Shown here: in pieces, positions 21,554-31,631 of the stretch
Layout: every line of letters starts with the position of its first letter
Position numbering within the stretch: position 1 is the stretch's first letter
Origin: Escherichia phage 132
Reading direction: 5' to 3' (one strand)
DNA length: 64,000 nt
Sequence record: MZ417521
The notes under the pieces: generated by a model
What the model was told of the DNA's origin: nothing
Seen by the model: the letters and a program-made list of their open reading frames with translations, nothing else
The model's database searches: none
Translations under genes and position numbers: made by a program

Positions 21554-22648
21554 ATGGCAATTGTTAAAGAAATAACTGCTGATTTAATTAAAAAGTCCGG
21601 TGAGAAAATTTCAGCCGGACAGAGTACTAAATCAGAAGTAGGAACTAAAACATACACTGCCCAGTTTCCAACTGGGCGTGCTAGTGGTAATGACACTACA
21701 GGGGACTTCCAGGTAACAGATCTATATAAGAATGGATTATTATTTACTGCATACAATATGTCATCTAGGGATTCTGGAAGTCTTAGATCGATGAGATCTA
21801 ACTACTCTTCTTCATCTTCGAGTATTTTACGTACAGCCAGAAACACTATCAGTAATACAGTATCAAAACTGTCAAATGGATTAATATCAGATAATAATTC
21901 AGGAACAATAAGTAAAGCTCCTGTGGCAAACATTCTTTTACCGAGATCTAAATCTGACGTTGATACATCATCACATAGATTTAATGATGTTCAAGAAAGT
22001 CTTATCAGTAGAGGCGGAGGAACTGCTACTGGTGTGCTAAGTAATATTGCTTCAACTGCAGTATTTGGGGCACTGGAAAGTATAACACAAGGTATAATGG
22101 CTGATAATAATGAACAGATTTATACTACAGCCAGAAGTATGTATGGTGGTGCTGAGAATAGAACTAAAGTGTTTACATGGGATTTGACTCCACGTTCAAC
22201 AGAAGATTTAATGGCTATTATTAATATCTATCAGTATTTTAACTATTTTTCTTATGGTGAAACGGGCAAATCTCAATATGCTGCTGAAATAAAAGGGTAT
22301 TTAGATGATTGGTATCGTTCTACATTAATTGAACCTTTATCTCCGGAAGACGCAGCTAAAAATAAAACACTATTTGAGAAAATGACATCGAGTTTAACTA
22401 ACGTTCTAGTAGTTTCAAACCCGACAATTTGGATGGTGAAAAACTTTGGTGCAACATCTAAGTTTGATGGAAAAACGGAAATATTTGGTCCATGTCAAAT
22501 ACAGAGTATCAGATTTGATAAAACACCTAATGGTAACTTTAACGGATTAGCTATTGCTCCAAACCTCCCTAGTACATTTACTCTTGAGATTACTATGAGA
22601 GAAATTATCACGTTAAACCGTGCTTCTTTATATGCGGGGACTTTTTAA
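21554..22648 (+). CDS. 48: Baseplate tail tube cap gp48
   Basis: 364 aa; synteny. Confidence 0.9.
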   Translation: MAIVKEITADLIKKSGEKISAGQSTKSEVGTKTYTAQFPTGRASGNDTTGDFQVTDLYKNGLLFTAYNMSSRDSGSLRSMRSNYSSSSSSILRTARNTISNTVSKLSNGLISDNNSGTISKAPVANILLPRSKSDVDTSSHRFNDVQESLISRGGGTATGVLSNIASTAVFGALESITQGIMADNNEQIYTTARSMYGGAENRTKVFTWDLTPRSTEDLMAIINIYQYFNYFSYGETGKSQYAAEIKGYLDDWYRSTLIEPLSPEDAAKNKTLFEKMTSSLTNVLVVSNPTIWMVKNFGATSKFDGKTEIFGPCQIQSIRFDKTPNGNFNGLAIAPNLPSTFTLEITMREIITLNRASLYAGTF

Positions 22649-23613
22649 TGTATTCTTTAGAGGAATTTAATAATCAAGCAATAAACGCAGATTTCCAACG
22701 TAATAATATGTTTAGCTGCGTTTTTGCGACAACTCCATCAACTAAAAGCTCTTCGTTGATAAGTTCAATTAGCAACTTTTCTTATAATAACTTGGGTCTA
22801 AATTCAGATTGGTTAGGATTGACTCAAGGCGATATTAATCAGGGAATTACCACGCTAATTACAGCTGGCACACAAAAACTGATAAGAAAATCAGGAGTTA
22901 GTAAATATCTTATTGGTGCCATGAGTCAACGTACAGTTCAAAGTTTATTAGGCTCATTTACAGTTGGTACATATTTAATTGACTTCTTTAACATGGCATA
23001 TAACTCATCTGGATTGATGATATATTCCGTAAAAATGCCAGAGAATAGATTATCCTATGAAACTGACTGGAACTATAATTCTCCTAATATTCGTATAACT
23101 GGGAGAGAATTAGACCCTTTGGTTATTTCATTTAGAATGGATTCAGAATCATGTAATTATCGTGCAATGCAAGACTGGGTTAACGCTGTTCAAGACCCAG
23201 TAACTGGACTGCGTGCTTTGCCACAAGATGTCGAGGCAGACATTCAGGTTAATCTTCATGCTCGTAATGGATTACCTCATACTGCTGTGATGTTCACCGG
23301 ATGCATTCCGGTGTCAGTGAGCGCTCCTGAGTTATCATACGATGGAGATAACCAAATAACTACATTTGATGTTACTTTTGCGTATAGAGTCATGCAGGCT
23401 GGAGCAGTTGATAGACAAGCTGCGCTTGAATGGCTTGAATCTGCTGCTATAAACGGTATTCAAAGCGTTCTCGGAAATAGCGGAGGCGTTACTGGACTAT
23501 CTAATTCGCTTTCACGACTTAGTAGATTAGGAGGAACTGCTGGAAGCATTTCAAACATTAATACTATGACGGGAATTGTCAACTCGCAAAGTAAAATATT
23601 AGGAGCAATATAA
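22648..23613 (+). CDS. 54: Baseplate tail tube initiator gp54
   Basis: 321 aa; synteny. Confidence 0.9.
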   Translation: MYSLEEFNNQAINADFQRNNMFSCVFATTPSTKSSSLISSISNFSYNNLGLNSDWLGLTQGDINQGITTLITAGTQKLIRKSGVSKYLIGAMSQRTVQSLLGSFTVGTYLIDFFNMAYNSSGLMIYSVKMPENRLSYETDWNYNSPNIRITGRELDPLVISFRMDSESCNYRAMQDWVNAVQDPVTGLRALPQDVEADIQVNLHARNGLPHTAVMFTGCIPVSVSAPELSYDGDNQITTFDVTFAYRVMQAGAVDRQAALEWLESAAINGIQSVLGNSGGVTGLSNSLSRLSRLGGTAGSISNINTMTGIVNSQSKILGAI

Positions 23614-23615
23614 CA

Positions 23616-23637
23616 ATGGGGACCGAAAGGTCCCCAT
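23616..23637. terminator. Bidirectional hairpin AUGGGGACC-GAAA-GGUCCCCAU between convergent gene 54 and minus-strand alt block
   Basis: 9-bp stem, GAAA loop, T-run following. Confidence 0.65.
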
Positions 23638-23641
23638 ATTT

Positions 23642-23932
23642 TTATTTACGGAATGAAATAAAAGCAGCAACTGAAGCAACTAAACTGTCTTCAATATAAA
23701 CTTCAATTTTTACCGGAGCTTCTGACTCAAATTTACCTGTTACTACACCTTGGAAAATGCTTTCAGTCTGTTCTGGCTTTGAAAAATTTTCAGAAGGAAA
23801 AATTCCGAACTTTTTATCTGTTCCAAAAATTTTGATAAATTCGTCGTAAACCGCTTCATTAAAAGCGTTATCAGCAGGAATAACGCCTTCAACTGTGAGT
23901 TCTTGACCTAAAAAGCGTAAAGAAGATTTCAT
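23642..23932 (-). CDS. Hypothetical protein downstream of alt block (alt.-x-like position)
   Basis: 96-aa ORF co-oriented with alt genes. Confidence 0.6.
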   Translation of the reverse strand: MKSSLRFLGQELTVEGVIPADNAFNEAVYDEFIKIFGTDKKFGIFPSENFSKPEQTESIFQGVVTGKFESEAPVKIEVYIEDSLVASVAAFISFRK

Positions 23933-23992
23933 TTTGTGTTCCTCATGTTATGTCAGTAAAATTATTATAACACAACACGAGGGACTTGTAAA

Positions 23993-26050
23993 CTACATTT
24001 TGAACTTTTTAGACATTCCGTTGATGTTAACCAAAGAAGCCAAGATTTGAGAAACTTCGTTTTCCTCTTCTTTTGATTCTTCTACAAGGAATTGATTAAA
24101 TCCAGCCATTGGACGAACTTCACCAGTTTCCATTAGATGGTCGCCATCATATACCGATTCTTCTAATTGTTCAGAAGGAGGAACGATTGTGCCTTCGATT
24201 AGATACTTGTTATAAGCAGTTTCTTTCATCATGTACGTACTCACTTTATTAATCTTCAGCAAAATTCCACGCGGTAAAATAACTTCAGCTTCTGATGGAA
24301 ATCCTGATAAATGTCCTGGAACGATAACTTTGATTCGCTCAGCTCCTTTAATTACCATACCCACGCTAGTTTCAGCATCTTCATTCGCATAAGCAGAGTG
24401 ACTGCCCATATGCATCAAATCTTCAGCATCAACTGAACCTTCTCCTTCACCAGAAAATACTGTGCCGGAATCATCTAGGGCCATATAGTTTTTACCATAC
24501 TCACCGAAGATATTTGGTTTAAGCGATGTGGATACGAAGTTCTTGAAGTAGAACATTTTATTTTCAATGTTATGACGCAAAGTTTTAAAGGTAACTTCTT
24601 GCCCACGATAAAGAGTAGTTCCTGGAGGAAGAACAGAACCTTTAGCAAATGCAGAATCCAACGTCTCGATGTGTTTAATAGCTCGTTCCATATATTCTTC
24701 ACGGGTAGAATCAGGTTTACCTAAAAGGAACGAGTTCATTTCAACATATGAATCTGCACAATAATCTTCAATTACATCAGATTCAGCTTGAGTTAATCCT
24801 TTTGGAGTTACTTCGGTGCTTGCGTATTCATATGCCTGAGCGGCAGATTCATTAATCAATTTATAAATGCCATTCATGACAAATTGAATAATAGCTGTCT
24901 TTTCATCTGGTGTAGCTTTAGAACCTTTAACTAAATCATTGATAATTTTCTTAATAACATCAAAGCTATTAGAAATATTAATGTCAGCAAGATCGCTTAA
25001 AATTTTATCAGTTTTATAATCAAAGAATTCTTTATTCTTTAAATATTCTTGAGAACCTTGATATGTTATATCGCTCTGCAACTTGATAGATGGATCACGT
25101 AAACGTGCATGGGCTAATGCAATATGATTTCGGAAACTTTCTAGTTCATAATCGTTAGATTTAAAACGAGAAGCACTTCTCATACCACCGATAGCTCCTT
25201 TGCTAAAGTTTGAACCAATCTGAATAACGCCAGAGTTCATCGGACCTTCTGCTTTATATACCGGAACTTTAGATTCAAACTCTTGATATTTCTTAGCAGC
25301 GAAGCTATCACCCTGAAGTGAAGCATCAACAGTAGAATATTGAGCTTGTGCTGCTAATCGACGACTAATTTTAGTTTTCTGAATAACAGCTTGATCCGTG
25401 CGCTTATCATTTTCTAAAGCAATAGAAGCAGCAACAGCGACAGCTTTAGGAACAGCATTACCTGTTTTAACGTCTACATAAACATCACCAACCTTTGATT
25501 CAACTTTTGTGAATAACTCAGTTGAAATAGGAGGTACACCTGGAATGTCTTCTAAATTGGCATTTTTACGGTAAACCATAATATATGCATATTTCTTATC
25601 ATAGTCCCAGATTTCCTTTAAAAGAACATATCGACCTGCTCCTTTAGTACGTACTAAACGGTCGGCAATAACTTGCATTTGACGAGCTGCACCATTTGTT
25701 TTACTCTTTAGTACGCGGAATAAGCATGCGTCAATTTTATATTGTTTCATTGTTTGAAGAGCAGTATCAAAAACGGCATTAATGACACCAATTGGATTTC
25801 CACCCAAGTTTCTAAGTTTAACTAATGATAGTTTCTCATTAACACCTATCATTACGATATGCATCATTTTATCGCCTGGCTTAACGTTTTTATTTGTATC
25901 ACCACCAGAGGTGTATGTACAAAATCTAAATCCAGGAAGCACACTTTCTTCACCGGCTTGAATAGCAAAAATTTGAGGTATTTTATGCTTAGGATTTAAG
26001 TTAACAACCGGCGCCGAAGCGCCGTCAAATAATTCTGTAATAAGTTCCAT
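23993..26050 (-). CDS. Alt-like ADP-ribosyltransferase, tandem paralog
   Basis: 685 aa; N-terminal MELITELFD... and first ~230 aa closely parallel the adjacent alt ORF; C-terminal R (LYRG), STS and EAE triad motifs of R-S-E ADP-ribosyltransferases. Confidence 0.85.
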   Translation of the reverse strand: MELITELFDGASAPVVNLNPKHKIPQIFAIQAGEESVLPGFRFCTYTSGGDTNKNVKPGDKMMHIVMIGVNEKLSLVKLRNLGGNPIGVINAVFDTALQTMKQYKIDACLFRVLKSKTNGAARQMQVIADRLVRTKGAGRYVLLKEIWDYDKKYAYIMVYRKNANLEDIPGVPPISTELFTKVESKVGDVYVDVKTGNAVPKAVAVAASIALENDKRTDQAVIQKTKISRRLAAQAQYSTVDASLQGDSFAAKKYQEFESKVPVYKAEGPMNSGVIQIGSNFSKGAIGGMRSASRFKSNDYELESFRNHIALAHARLRDPSIKLQSDITYQGSQEYLKNKEFFDYKTDKILSDLADINISNSFDVIKKIINDLVKGSKATPDEKTAIIQFVMNGIYKLINESAAQAYEYASTEVTPKGLTQAESDVIEDYCADSYVEMNSFLLGKPDSTREEYMERAIKHIETLDSAFAKGSVLPPGTTLYRGQEVTFKTLRHNIENKMFYFKNFVSTSLKPNIFGEYGKNYMALDDSGTVFSGEGEGSVDAEDLMHMGSHSAYANEDAETSVGMVIKGAERIKVIVPGHLSGFPSEAEVILPRGILLKINKVSTYMMKETAYNKYLIEGTIVPPSEQLEESVYDGDHLMETGEVRPMAGFNQFLVEESKEEENEVSQILASLVNINGMSKKFKM

Positions 26051-26053
26051 GAT

Positions 26054-28150
26054 TTATCCTTGAACGAACTTGTAAGGCATGTTTGTAATATCTATGCAAG
26101 ACGCAATAATTCCGAGAGATGATTCTGCTTTCTGTTTAACATTTGATGAAACAAATGATGCAAAGTCAACTCTGTCTTCTATTTCAATATCACCTGTCAT
26201 TGCAACCAATTCACCAGTTTCCATTAAATGGTCTCCATCATAGATTACCGATTCGGTGAGCTCTTCCGTGGTCATAACTTCAGCTTGAATGAGTTTTGTA
26301 TTATTAGATGTTGTTCCGTCATTATTAGAAGCATCAGTTATTTTATTAACCTTGACCATCAATCCGCGTGGTAGAATAACTTCAGCTTCTGTTGCTATTC
26401 CGAGACTTCCTGGATATACAACATTAACTTTATGAGCTCCATCAATTGCCCATCCTATTTGAACTTTAACGTATTCAGGATTTTCTTTATACGCTCTTAT
26501 TTCGTTTGGATTAATAGTTATTCCTTCTTCATTTTTATCAACTGTTAATTCATTGCGAGCTTCTGGTTCTAAAAGACCAATACCAGCATGTGTGATTCCA
26601 AAACGTCCAAAAATGATAGGAGTTAAAGAAGTAGATACAAAATTTCTGAAGTAGAACACTTTATTTTTAACTAAAGCTTCGTATATAGGAGCAGTCATAC
26701 TCTGAGCACGATAAACTGTAATGCCTTCTGGTATACGATCACCATTTTCAAAAGCAGAATCTAAATTAGTTATAGCAGCTTCAATTTCTTTTTCACTCAT
26801 TACTTCATAACGTTCTGGATCATAACGACCCAAAAGAAGATTATTGATGTCAGTATACCCTGATCCACAGTATTCTCTAATACCTCTCTTTTGTGATGGA
26901 GTATATTTAGAACCATCACGAGCGATTGTAATATCAATCATAGGACCAGCTCCTACGCCAGAGAAACTGTATATCATTCGTTTAAGAAATTTAGTTTTTG
27001 CTGCGTTCCAGGAATTTTTAGTTATTTCTTCCCAGACTTCATCTGGTTGTCCTTTACGATTTTTATTGTGTTTAGCAAGCCAACTATCTTTGTATTCATC
27101 AAAAAGTGAATTAACTGCTGCTGCGTATTTTTCTAAACATTTTATTGAGGTAGTTGGCTCATTTTTAATAGCATGTAGAATTGTATCTTTAATTTTTTCA
27201 GAAACTTCACCAACCCGACTCAGCGGAAAGAATTTATAATCATAATGAAGTTCATCTGCCGTTCCTTCAGCAATAATTTTTGCTGCCTTTGTTTTAGAAG
27301 CTAATGAATTAATTCCAATTTTCATTTCTTCTGCTTCGGGAATTAAAGGTGCAGTAGCTGGTTTATTAAAATTAGCTGCTGTAGATTCATACTTCTGGAA
27401 TAATTCACTTTCAAATCTAGAAGATTCCAATGACTGACTTTGTGCAATTGCTCTACGGGAAATTTTAACTTTAGTAATAACAGCTTGGTCAGAACGCTTA
27501 TCATTTTCTTGTGCAATTGATGCTGCAATTGCCTCATTTTTAGTTACTTGGGCTCCAGTATCTTTATTGATATAAACATCGCCGACCTTCGATTCAACTT
27601 TAGTAAAGAGCTCGGTACTAATTTCCGGAACTCCTGGAATGTCTTCTAGTGATACGTTTTTGCGATGTATAAGAATATATGCATACTTTTTATCATAATC
27701 CCAGAGTTCCTTAAGAAGGACGTATCTGCCACCTGAACGACTACGGATAAGTCTATCAGCAATAACTTGAATTTGTCGAGCTTGACCAGCGGTTTTAGAC
27801 TTAAGAATACGGAGCATACAAGCATCAATTTTATATTGACGCATTGTTTGCATTGCAACAGTAAAAACTGAATTGATATAATTAATTGGGCTTGGACCGA
27901 GACCTTTTAATTTAGCAATTGAACCTTTAGCAGTTAATGTAAAAGGAACAATGTGCATCATTTTATCGCCCATCTTTAAATCACGGTTAGTATCACCTCC
28001 AGATGTATAGGTACATAAACGAAAGCCTGGTTGCTCAATTGCGTCATCAACATGAACTGAAAAAATTTGCGGTATTTTCTTCTTTGGATTTAAGTTTGTA
28101 ATCGGAAGAGTAGTATCTTCGTCAAATAATTCTGTAATAAGTTCCATCAT
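26054..28150 (-). CDS. alt: Alt ADP-ribosyltransferase (capsid-packaged)
   Basis: 698 aa; MMELITELFDEDTTLPITNL... resembles T4 Alt by recall; R (VYRAQ), STS and EAE motifs near C-terminus. Confidence 0.85.
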   Translation of the reverse strand: MMELITELFDEDTTLPITNLNPKKKIPQIFSVHVDDAIEQPGFRLCTYTSGGDTNRDLKMGDKMMHIVPFTLTAKGSIAKLKGLGPSPINYINSVFTVAMQTMRQYKIDACMLRILKSKTAGQARQIQVIADRLIRSRSGGRYVLLKELWDYDKKYAYILIHRKNVSLEDIPGVPEISTELFTKVESKVGDVYINKDTGAQVTKNEAIAASIAQENDKRSDQAVITKVKISRRAIAQSQSLESSRFESELFQKYESTAANFNKPATAPLIPEAEEMKIGINSLASKTKAAKIIAEGTADELHYDYKFFPLSRVGEVSEKIKDTILHAIKNEPTTSIKCLEKYAAAVNSLFDEYKDSWLAKHNKNRKGQPDEVWEEITKNSWNAAKTKFLKRMIYSFSGVGAGPMIDITIARDGSKYTPSQKRGIREYCGSGYTDINNLLLGRYDPERYEVMSEKEIEAAITNLDSAFENGDRIPEGITVYRAQSMTAPIYEALVKNKVFYFRNFVSTSLTPIIFGRFGITHAGIGLLEPEARNELTVDKNEEGITINPNEIRAYKENPEYVKVQIGWAIDGAHKVNVVYPGSLGIATEAEVILPRGLMVKVNKITDASNNDGTTSNNTKLIQAEVMTTEELTESVIYDGDHLMETGELVAMTGDIEIEDRVDFASFVSSNVKQKAESSLGIIASCIDITNMPYKFVQG

Positions 28151-28170
28151 ATCCTCTCTAGTGTTTATTC

Positions 28171-28178
28171 TATTTATA
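28171..28178 (-). promoter_or_regulatory. Late promoter TATAAATA (minus strand) for alt
   Basis: Plus-strand TATTTATA equals TATAAATA on minus strand, ~20 nt upstream of alt ATG. Confidence 0.5.
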
Positions 28179-28183
28179 AAATT

Positions 28184-28201
28184 AAAGGCCCGAAGGCCTT
28201 T
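28184..28201 (-). terminator. AAAGGCC-CGAA-GGCCUUU hairpin upstream of alt
   Basis: 7-bp inverted repeat between the 62-aa ORF and alt. Confidence 0.45.
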
Positions 28202-28388
28202 AATAATCTAGTGGTAAGAGAGTACGATATATTTCAAACTTCGGACCTTTTTCATAGGCATCAAATGTTTCTGTGAATTTATTATAAGCATATGCATCTA
28301 CAAATTCGAGAATGACTTGTGATACAGAAGTAGAAACATCTCCACCTTCTTTTTGAGCAATGACAATTGTTTCTAAGTAAGCTTTCAT
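28200..28388 (-). CDS. Hypothetical small protein
   Basis: 62-aa ORF overlapping gene 30 stop by 4 nt. Confidence 0.55.
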   Translation of the reverse strand: MKAYLETIVIAQKEGGDVSTSVSQVILEFVDAYAYNKFTETFDAYEKGPKFEIYRTLLPLDY

Positions 28389-29848
28389 AGACCAGTTACC
28401 TCATGAAAATCACCAAATACATCCTCGAATGTATTAGCTTTAGTTTTATCTTCACGTAAACGAATCGCAATCGGAAGAAATAATTTAACGTAATCAGTGC
28501 GGCCATCAGATTTTAACCAACCGTTGCATTCGCACTCTAGAATTTTTCCAATATAATAATTTTGGTTTTCCATAATGCGAGTACGGTCAAGTTCATGCGA
28601 TTTTACACCGGCTTTATCTTTTAAGCCTGAACCAGCATTTACTTTAATTTTTCCACACTCTGACTCAAGAATAAATCCACCTGCTTTAGTAGGGTCTTTA
28701 CGGTGAGGATAAATTCCTACAATTTTTAAATCAACATCAATTACTTCTTTAAATTTATAGAGATTTTTTGAACGAGCATTTTCCCATAATCCATCGATAT
28801 TTTTGAGAATAATACCTTCAAGACCTTGGTCAATATACTTTTTATAAATTACCTTAGCTTCATCTAGGTTATTTACTACCTGGTTTTCAATTAAAATTAC
28901 TTTATCATATCCCGATGTCATTTGTTCTAGTTTAGAAAAACGTACATCATATTTTAAACGAAACGCTGGAAGACCGTATATTTCTACCAACGGGACATAA
29001 TCCCAGACCTGAAACTTCATACATTGAGCTTCTTTTTCAGAAATGGTTCCTTTTAAGGATTTATTGGCGATTCCATTAGAAGTAGTACGAGATTCCGCTA
29101 CTTCGGCGAATTCTTTGGCTTTACTAATTTCAGGATAAGCATCAAAAAGAAAATCTAGGCCTTCTGGTTCCTTTTTAACTTGCTCATGGTATACCAATTC
29201 GCCATCAATTAACACACCTTCTGGATGAATCTGGCGGGCTTCAGCAGTCATTTTGATTAACTCTTCCTTAAGAAGATCTAATCCTAGATATTCATTACCA
29301 GCTCGTGATAAAAGACGAACATCATCTAATTCATCGCCTCGGACTTCAGCAAAACACCGAGCTCCATCTGCTTTTAACTGCGCAAAGGCTGGAAACTTGA
29401 TATTCTTATTAATGCCTTTTTCATCATAAGAACTTGCAAGCATTTGAGGTTGTTCAGGAATTAAACCTGGCCAAACTTTATTTGCAATAGATACTGAAGC
29501 ACCGCATTCAAGGTCTCGCATCATAACTCGACGCAAAACTTCAACATCATCCTTTTTACCATCAGTGATATATCCAGTTAATTCCTCAATTGCAGCATTT
29601 CCAGTCAATTTCCGAGTAGCTAACGTGAATTCAATGAAGTCAAGCATATCGGTAATAGTCAGCATTCCAAAACTCTGGGTAGCAATACCCGGTTTAGGCC
29701 ATTTCTTGATATAATACTGTAACCCACGAGAATAAGTCAGACGATATACTCGTTTAAGCAATTCATTATCTTTATTCTTTTCAAGAATTGCTTGCTTCTG
29801 CTTAGTTGAACCAATAGATGCTATTTCGTTCAGAATTTTAAGAATCAT
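28385..29848 (-). CDS. 30: ATP-dependent DNA ligase gp30
   Basis: 487 aa; T4 DNA ligase length and N-terminus MILKILNEIASIGSTKQKQAILEKNKDNELLKRVYRLTYS by recall. Confidence 0.95.
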   Translation of the reverse strand: MILKILNEIASIGSTKQKQAILEKNKDNELLKRVYRLTYSRGLQYYIKKWPKPGIATQSFGMLTITDMLDFIEFTLATRKLTGNAAIEELTGYITDGKKDDVEVLRRVMMRDLECGASVSIANKVWPGLIPEQPQMLASSYDEKGINKNIKFPAFAQLKADGARCFAEVRGDELDDVRLLSRAGNEYLGLDLLKEELIKMTAEARQIHPEGVLIDGELVYHEQVKKEPEGLDFLFDAYPEISKAKEFAEVAESRTTSNGIANKSLKGTISEKEAQCMKFQVWDYVPLVEIYGLPAFRLKYDVRFSKLEQMTSGYDKVILIENQVVNNLDEAKVIYKKYIDQGLEGIILKNIDGLWENARSKNLYKFKEVIDVDLKIVGIYPHRKDPTKAGGFILESECGKIKVNAGSGLKDKAGVKSHELDRTRIMENQNYYIGKILECECNGWLKSDGRTDYVKLFLPIAIRLREDKTKANTFEDVFGDFHEVTGL

Positions 29849-30114
29849 TGTTCATCCTTTAGAGTTTGGTTTACAGCTCTATTATAAATCAATTCATCAT
29901 TAAGCTCAGTCAAAGACCTGTGGTACGTGGTTCTAACTTTATTTCCTTGCATCCAGTGCTTGACGTAAATGAAACCTTGCTCTACACATTTTTTAAAAAT
30001 TCGTTCGTCTTTTTGAGCTCGGAATTCTGGATTGCATCTAAAAAATTGATTTACGTGACCGTAATCACGTGTAGTATTACCTTCATTTTCATAAATAGTG
30101 TGAACAACAAACAT
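29845..30114 (-). CDS. Hypothetical protein (30.1-like position)
   Basis: 89-aa ORF overlapping neighbours. Confidence 0.6.
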   Translation of the reverse strand: MFVVHTIYENEGNTTRDYGHVNQFFRCNPEFRAQKDERIFKKCVEQGFIYVKHWMQGNKVRTTYHRSLTELNDELIYNRAVNQTLKDEQ

Positions 30115-30977
30115 TAGAATGCTCCTTGGAAAATATTATCACCACTAGTAAATCTATTAAAATATCCTGCATCACCAGGCTTAGTATAACTCCACGTATG
30201 GAATGGATTCATATGATACGGGTGTGTATAATATGGATTATATGGATGTGTATAATATGGATTATACGGATTAAATCCAGGAGTTCTCCAGGTAGTGTTC
30301 CAACGAAAAGAATCGTTTTTAACCATCTTCTCAATTACATCTTTTATAGCTTTTTCACTATCAAAACTTTCTTTATTTTCCTTCGGTGAAAAAAGCTTAT
30401 TTTCTACATCATTCCATGTATAAACTCGCTGCGCAGTTTTTGGAATATTGTCACGCTCTCCTCGAGCCATCCAATAAACAGGAACATTTAATATTTCACT
30501 CGCATGATCGCAGTGGTGGGCGAGATCGTCAATATAACAAATTACATTATATTTCTCTTTTGCCTTTTTGAATAACTCTTCTTTTGAAGAATCATGACCA
30601 CACATCATTACTTCTGAGAAGGCACCAGGAAAAAGAGCATTCAAATTAAATTGACGATTCAGCAGAGCGTCAATAGAATCACCCAATGCTGTAACAGCTA
30701 CAAAATTATAATCTTCTTTTAGTTTGTTAATTACGCACAGGGCATCTTTATATGGAGACAGGTAACGAATAAAATCTGATCGATTGTATTTTTCAATTAG
30801 CTTGACACCAAGTTCTTCATCACAATTAAAGAGTTTACCCGGAGAAATAAATTTCTCATCTTGGATCATTTTTAAAATATGTTCTAACGGAAGATTATAT
30901 TTCTGAGCAAAATAAGGAAGACCTGATTGCCAGCTTAAACATACTCCATCAATATCAGTTAAAATAGTAGGCTTCAT
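30114..30977 (-). CDS. HAD-like hydrolase with C-terminal Pro/Tyr-rich tandem repeat (30.2-like position)
   Basis: 287 aa; N-terminal TDIDGV matches HAD motif I (DxDG); C-terminal NPYNPYYTHPYNPYYTHPY. Confidence 0.65.
   Translation of the reverse strand: MKPTILTDIDGVCLSWQSGLPYFAQKYNLPLEHILKMIQDEKFISPGKLFNCDEELGVKLIEKYNRSDFIRYLSPYKDALCVINKLKEDYNFVAVTALGDSIDALLNRQFNLNALFPGAFSEVMMCGHDSSKEELFKKAKEKYNVICYIDDLAHHCDHASEILNVPVYWMARGERDNIPKTAQRVYTWNDVENKLFSPKENKESFDSEKAIKDVIEKMVKNDSFRWNTTWRTPGFNPYNPYYTHPYNPYYTHPYHMNPFHTWSYTKPGDAGYFNRFTSGDNIFQGAF
30224..30271 (-). repeat. Direct 24-bp tandem repeat (2 copies) encoding the repeated octapeptide in the 30.2-like protein
   Basis: GTGTATAATATGGATTATA recurs at 30224-30242 and 30248-30266, period 24 nt. 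Confidence 0.8.
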
Positions 30978-31438
30978 AGAGAGTCTCTTAATAGGTTTAA
31001 CACATCAATAAATTCAGCTTCGGTTAGTATTGTATCATCTTTTGTTAGACCACTAGCCATGCTGTGCTTCAAAACTTTTCCTTTCGAGGCTTGTAATGCA
31101 TCGCGAAAGCCCCTGTTTTGGAACGCTGCTTCAAAATATGCATTTGTGTATAATTCTTTCCACGCTGGAGAGTATCTTGAAAACGGAACTCCAAGCCAGA
31201 AGAGGGTCCCACGGTCCTGAGCTCTAGCATAAGACCTTCCAGCTTGTTGGGCGGCAAGCCCGGATAACCCAAATATACGACGTTGCTGTTCAATATTTTT
31301 CACCTTACACCCTTGGAGGAATCCTTCGAGACCTCCAAATTGGATACCATCCATAACAAAAGGCCATTGGGCGAAATTACTTAATGCGCATGATGGCCAT
31401 CTAAAATTGCTTCTAATCTCTAACTCAGACATTTTCAA
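30974..31438 (-). CDS. NADAR/YbiA-like (DUF1768) protein, putative ADP-ribose-processing enzyme (30.3-like position)
   Basis: 154 aa; segment ALSNFAQWPFVMDGIQF...FLQGCK parallels the YbiA/NADAR N-terminal signature as recalled; not confirmed by search. Confidence 0.5.
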   Translation of the reverse strand: MKMSELEIRSNFRWPSCALSNFAQWPFVMDGIQFGGLEGFLQGCKVKNIEQQRRIFGLSGLAAQQAGRSYARAQDRGTLFWLGVPFSRYSPAWKELYTNAYFEAAFQNRGFRDALQASKGKVLKHSMASGLTKDDTILTEAEFIDVLNLLRDSL

Positions 31439-31631
31439 TACTTATAATTTCAACATCAGCCCAATGACCATAGCAAGGAAGACGAAATTCAACTGGCCAG
31501 TTAGGGTCCTTTTCTAATATAATAGACTTAACTTGTGGTTCTTCGTGTTCATCAGTATATGGATTTTTATCTGTTACTTTATATGTGACCTTAATGTACT
31601 GAATTCCAAAAATCTTATTAATTATATTCAT
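31425..31631 (-). CDS. Hypothetical protein
   Basis: 68-aa ORF in co-oriented operon. Confidence 0.55.
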   Translation of the reverse strand: MNIINKIFGIQYIKVTYKVTDKNPYTDEHEEPQVKSIILEKDPNWPVEFRLPCYGHWADVEIISIENV

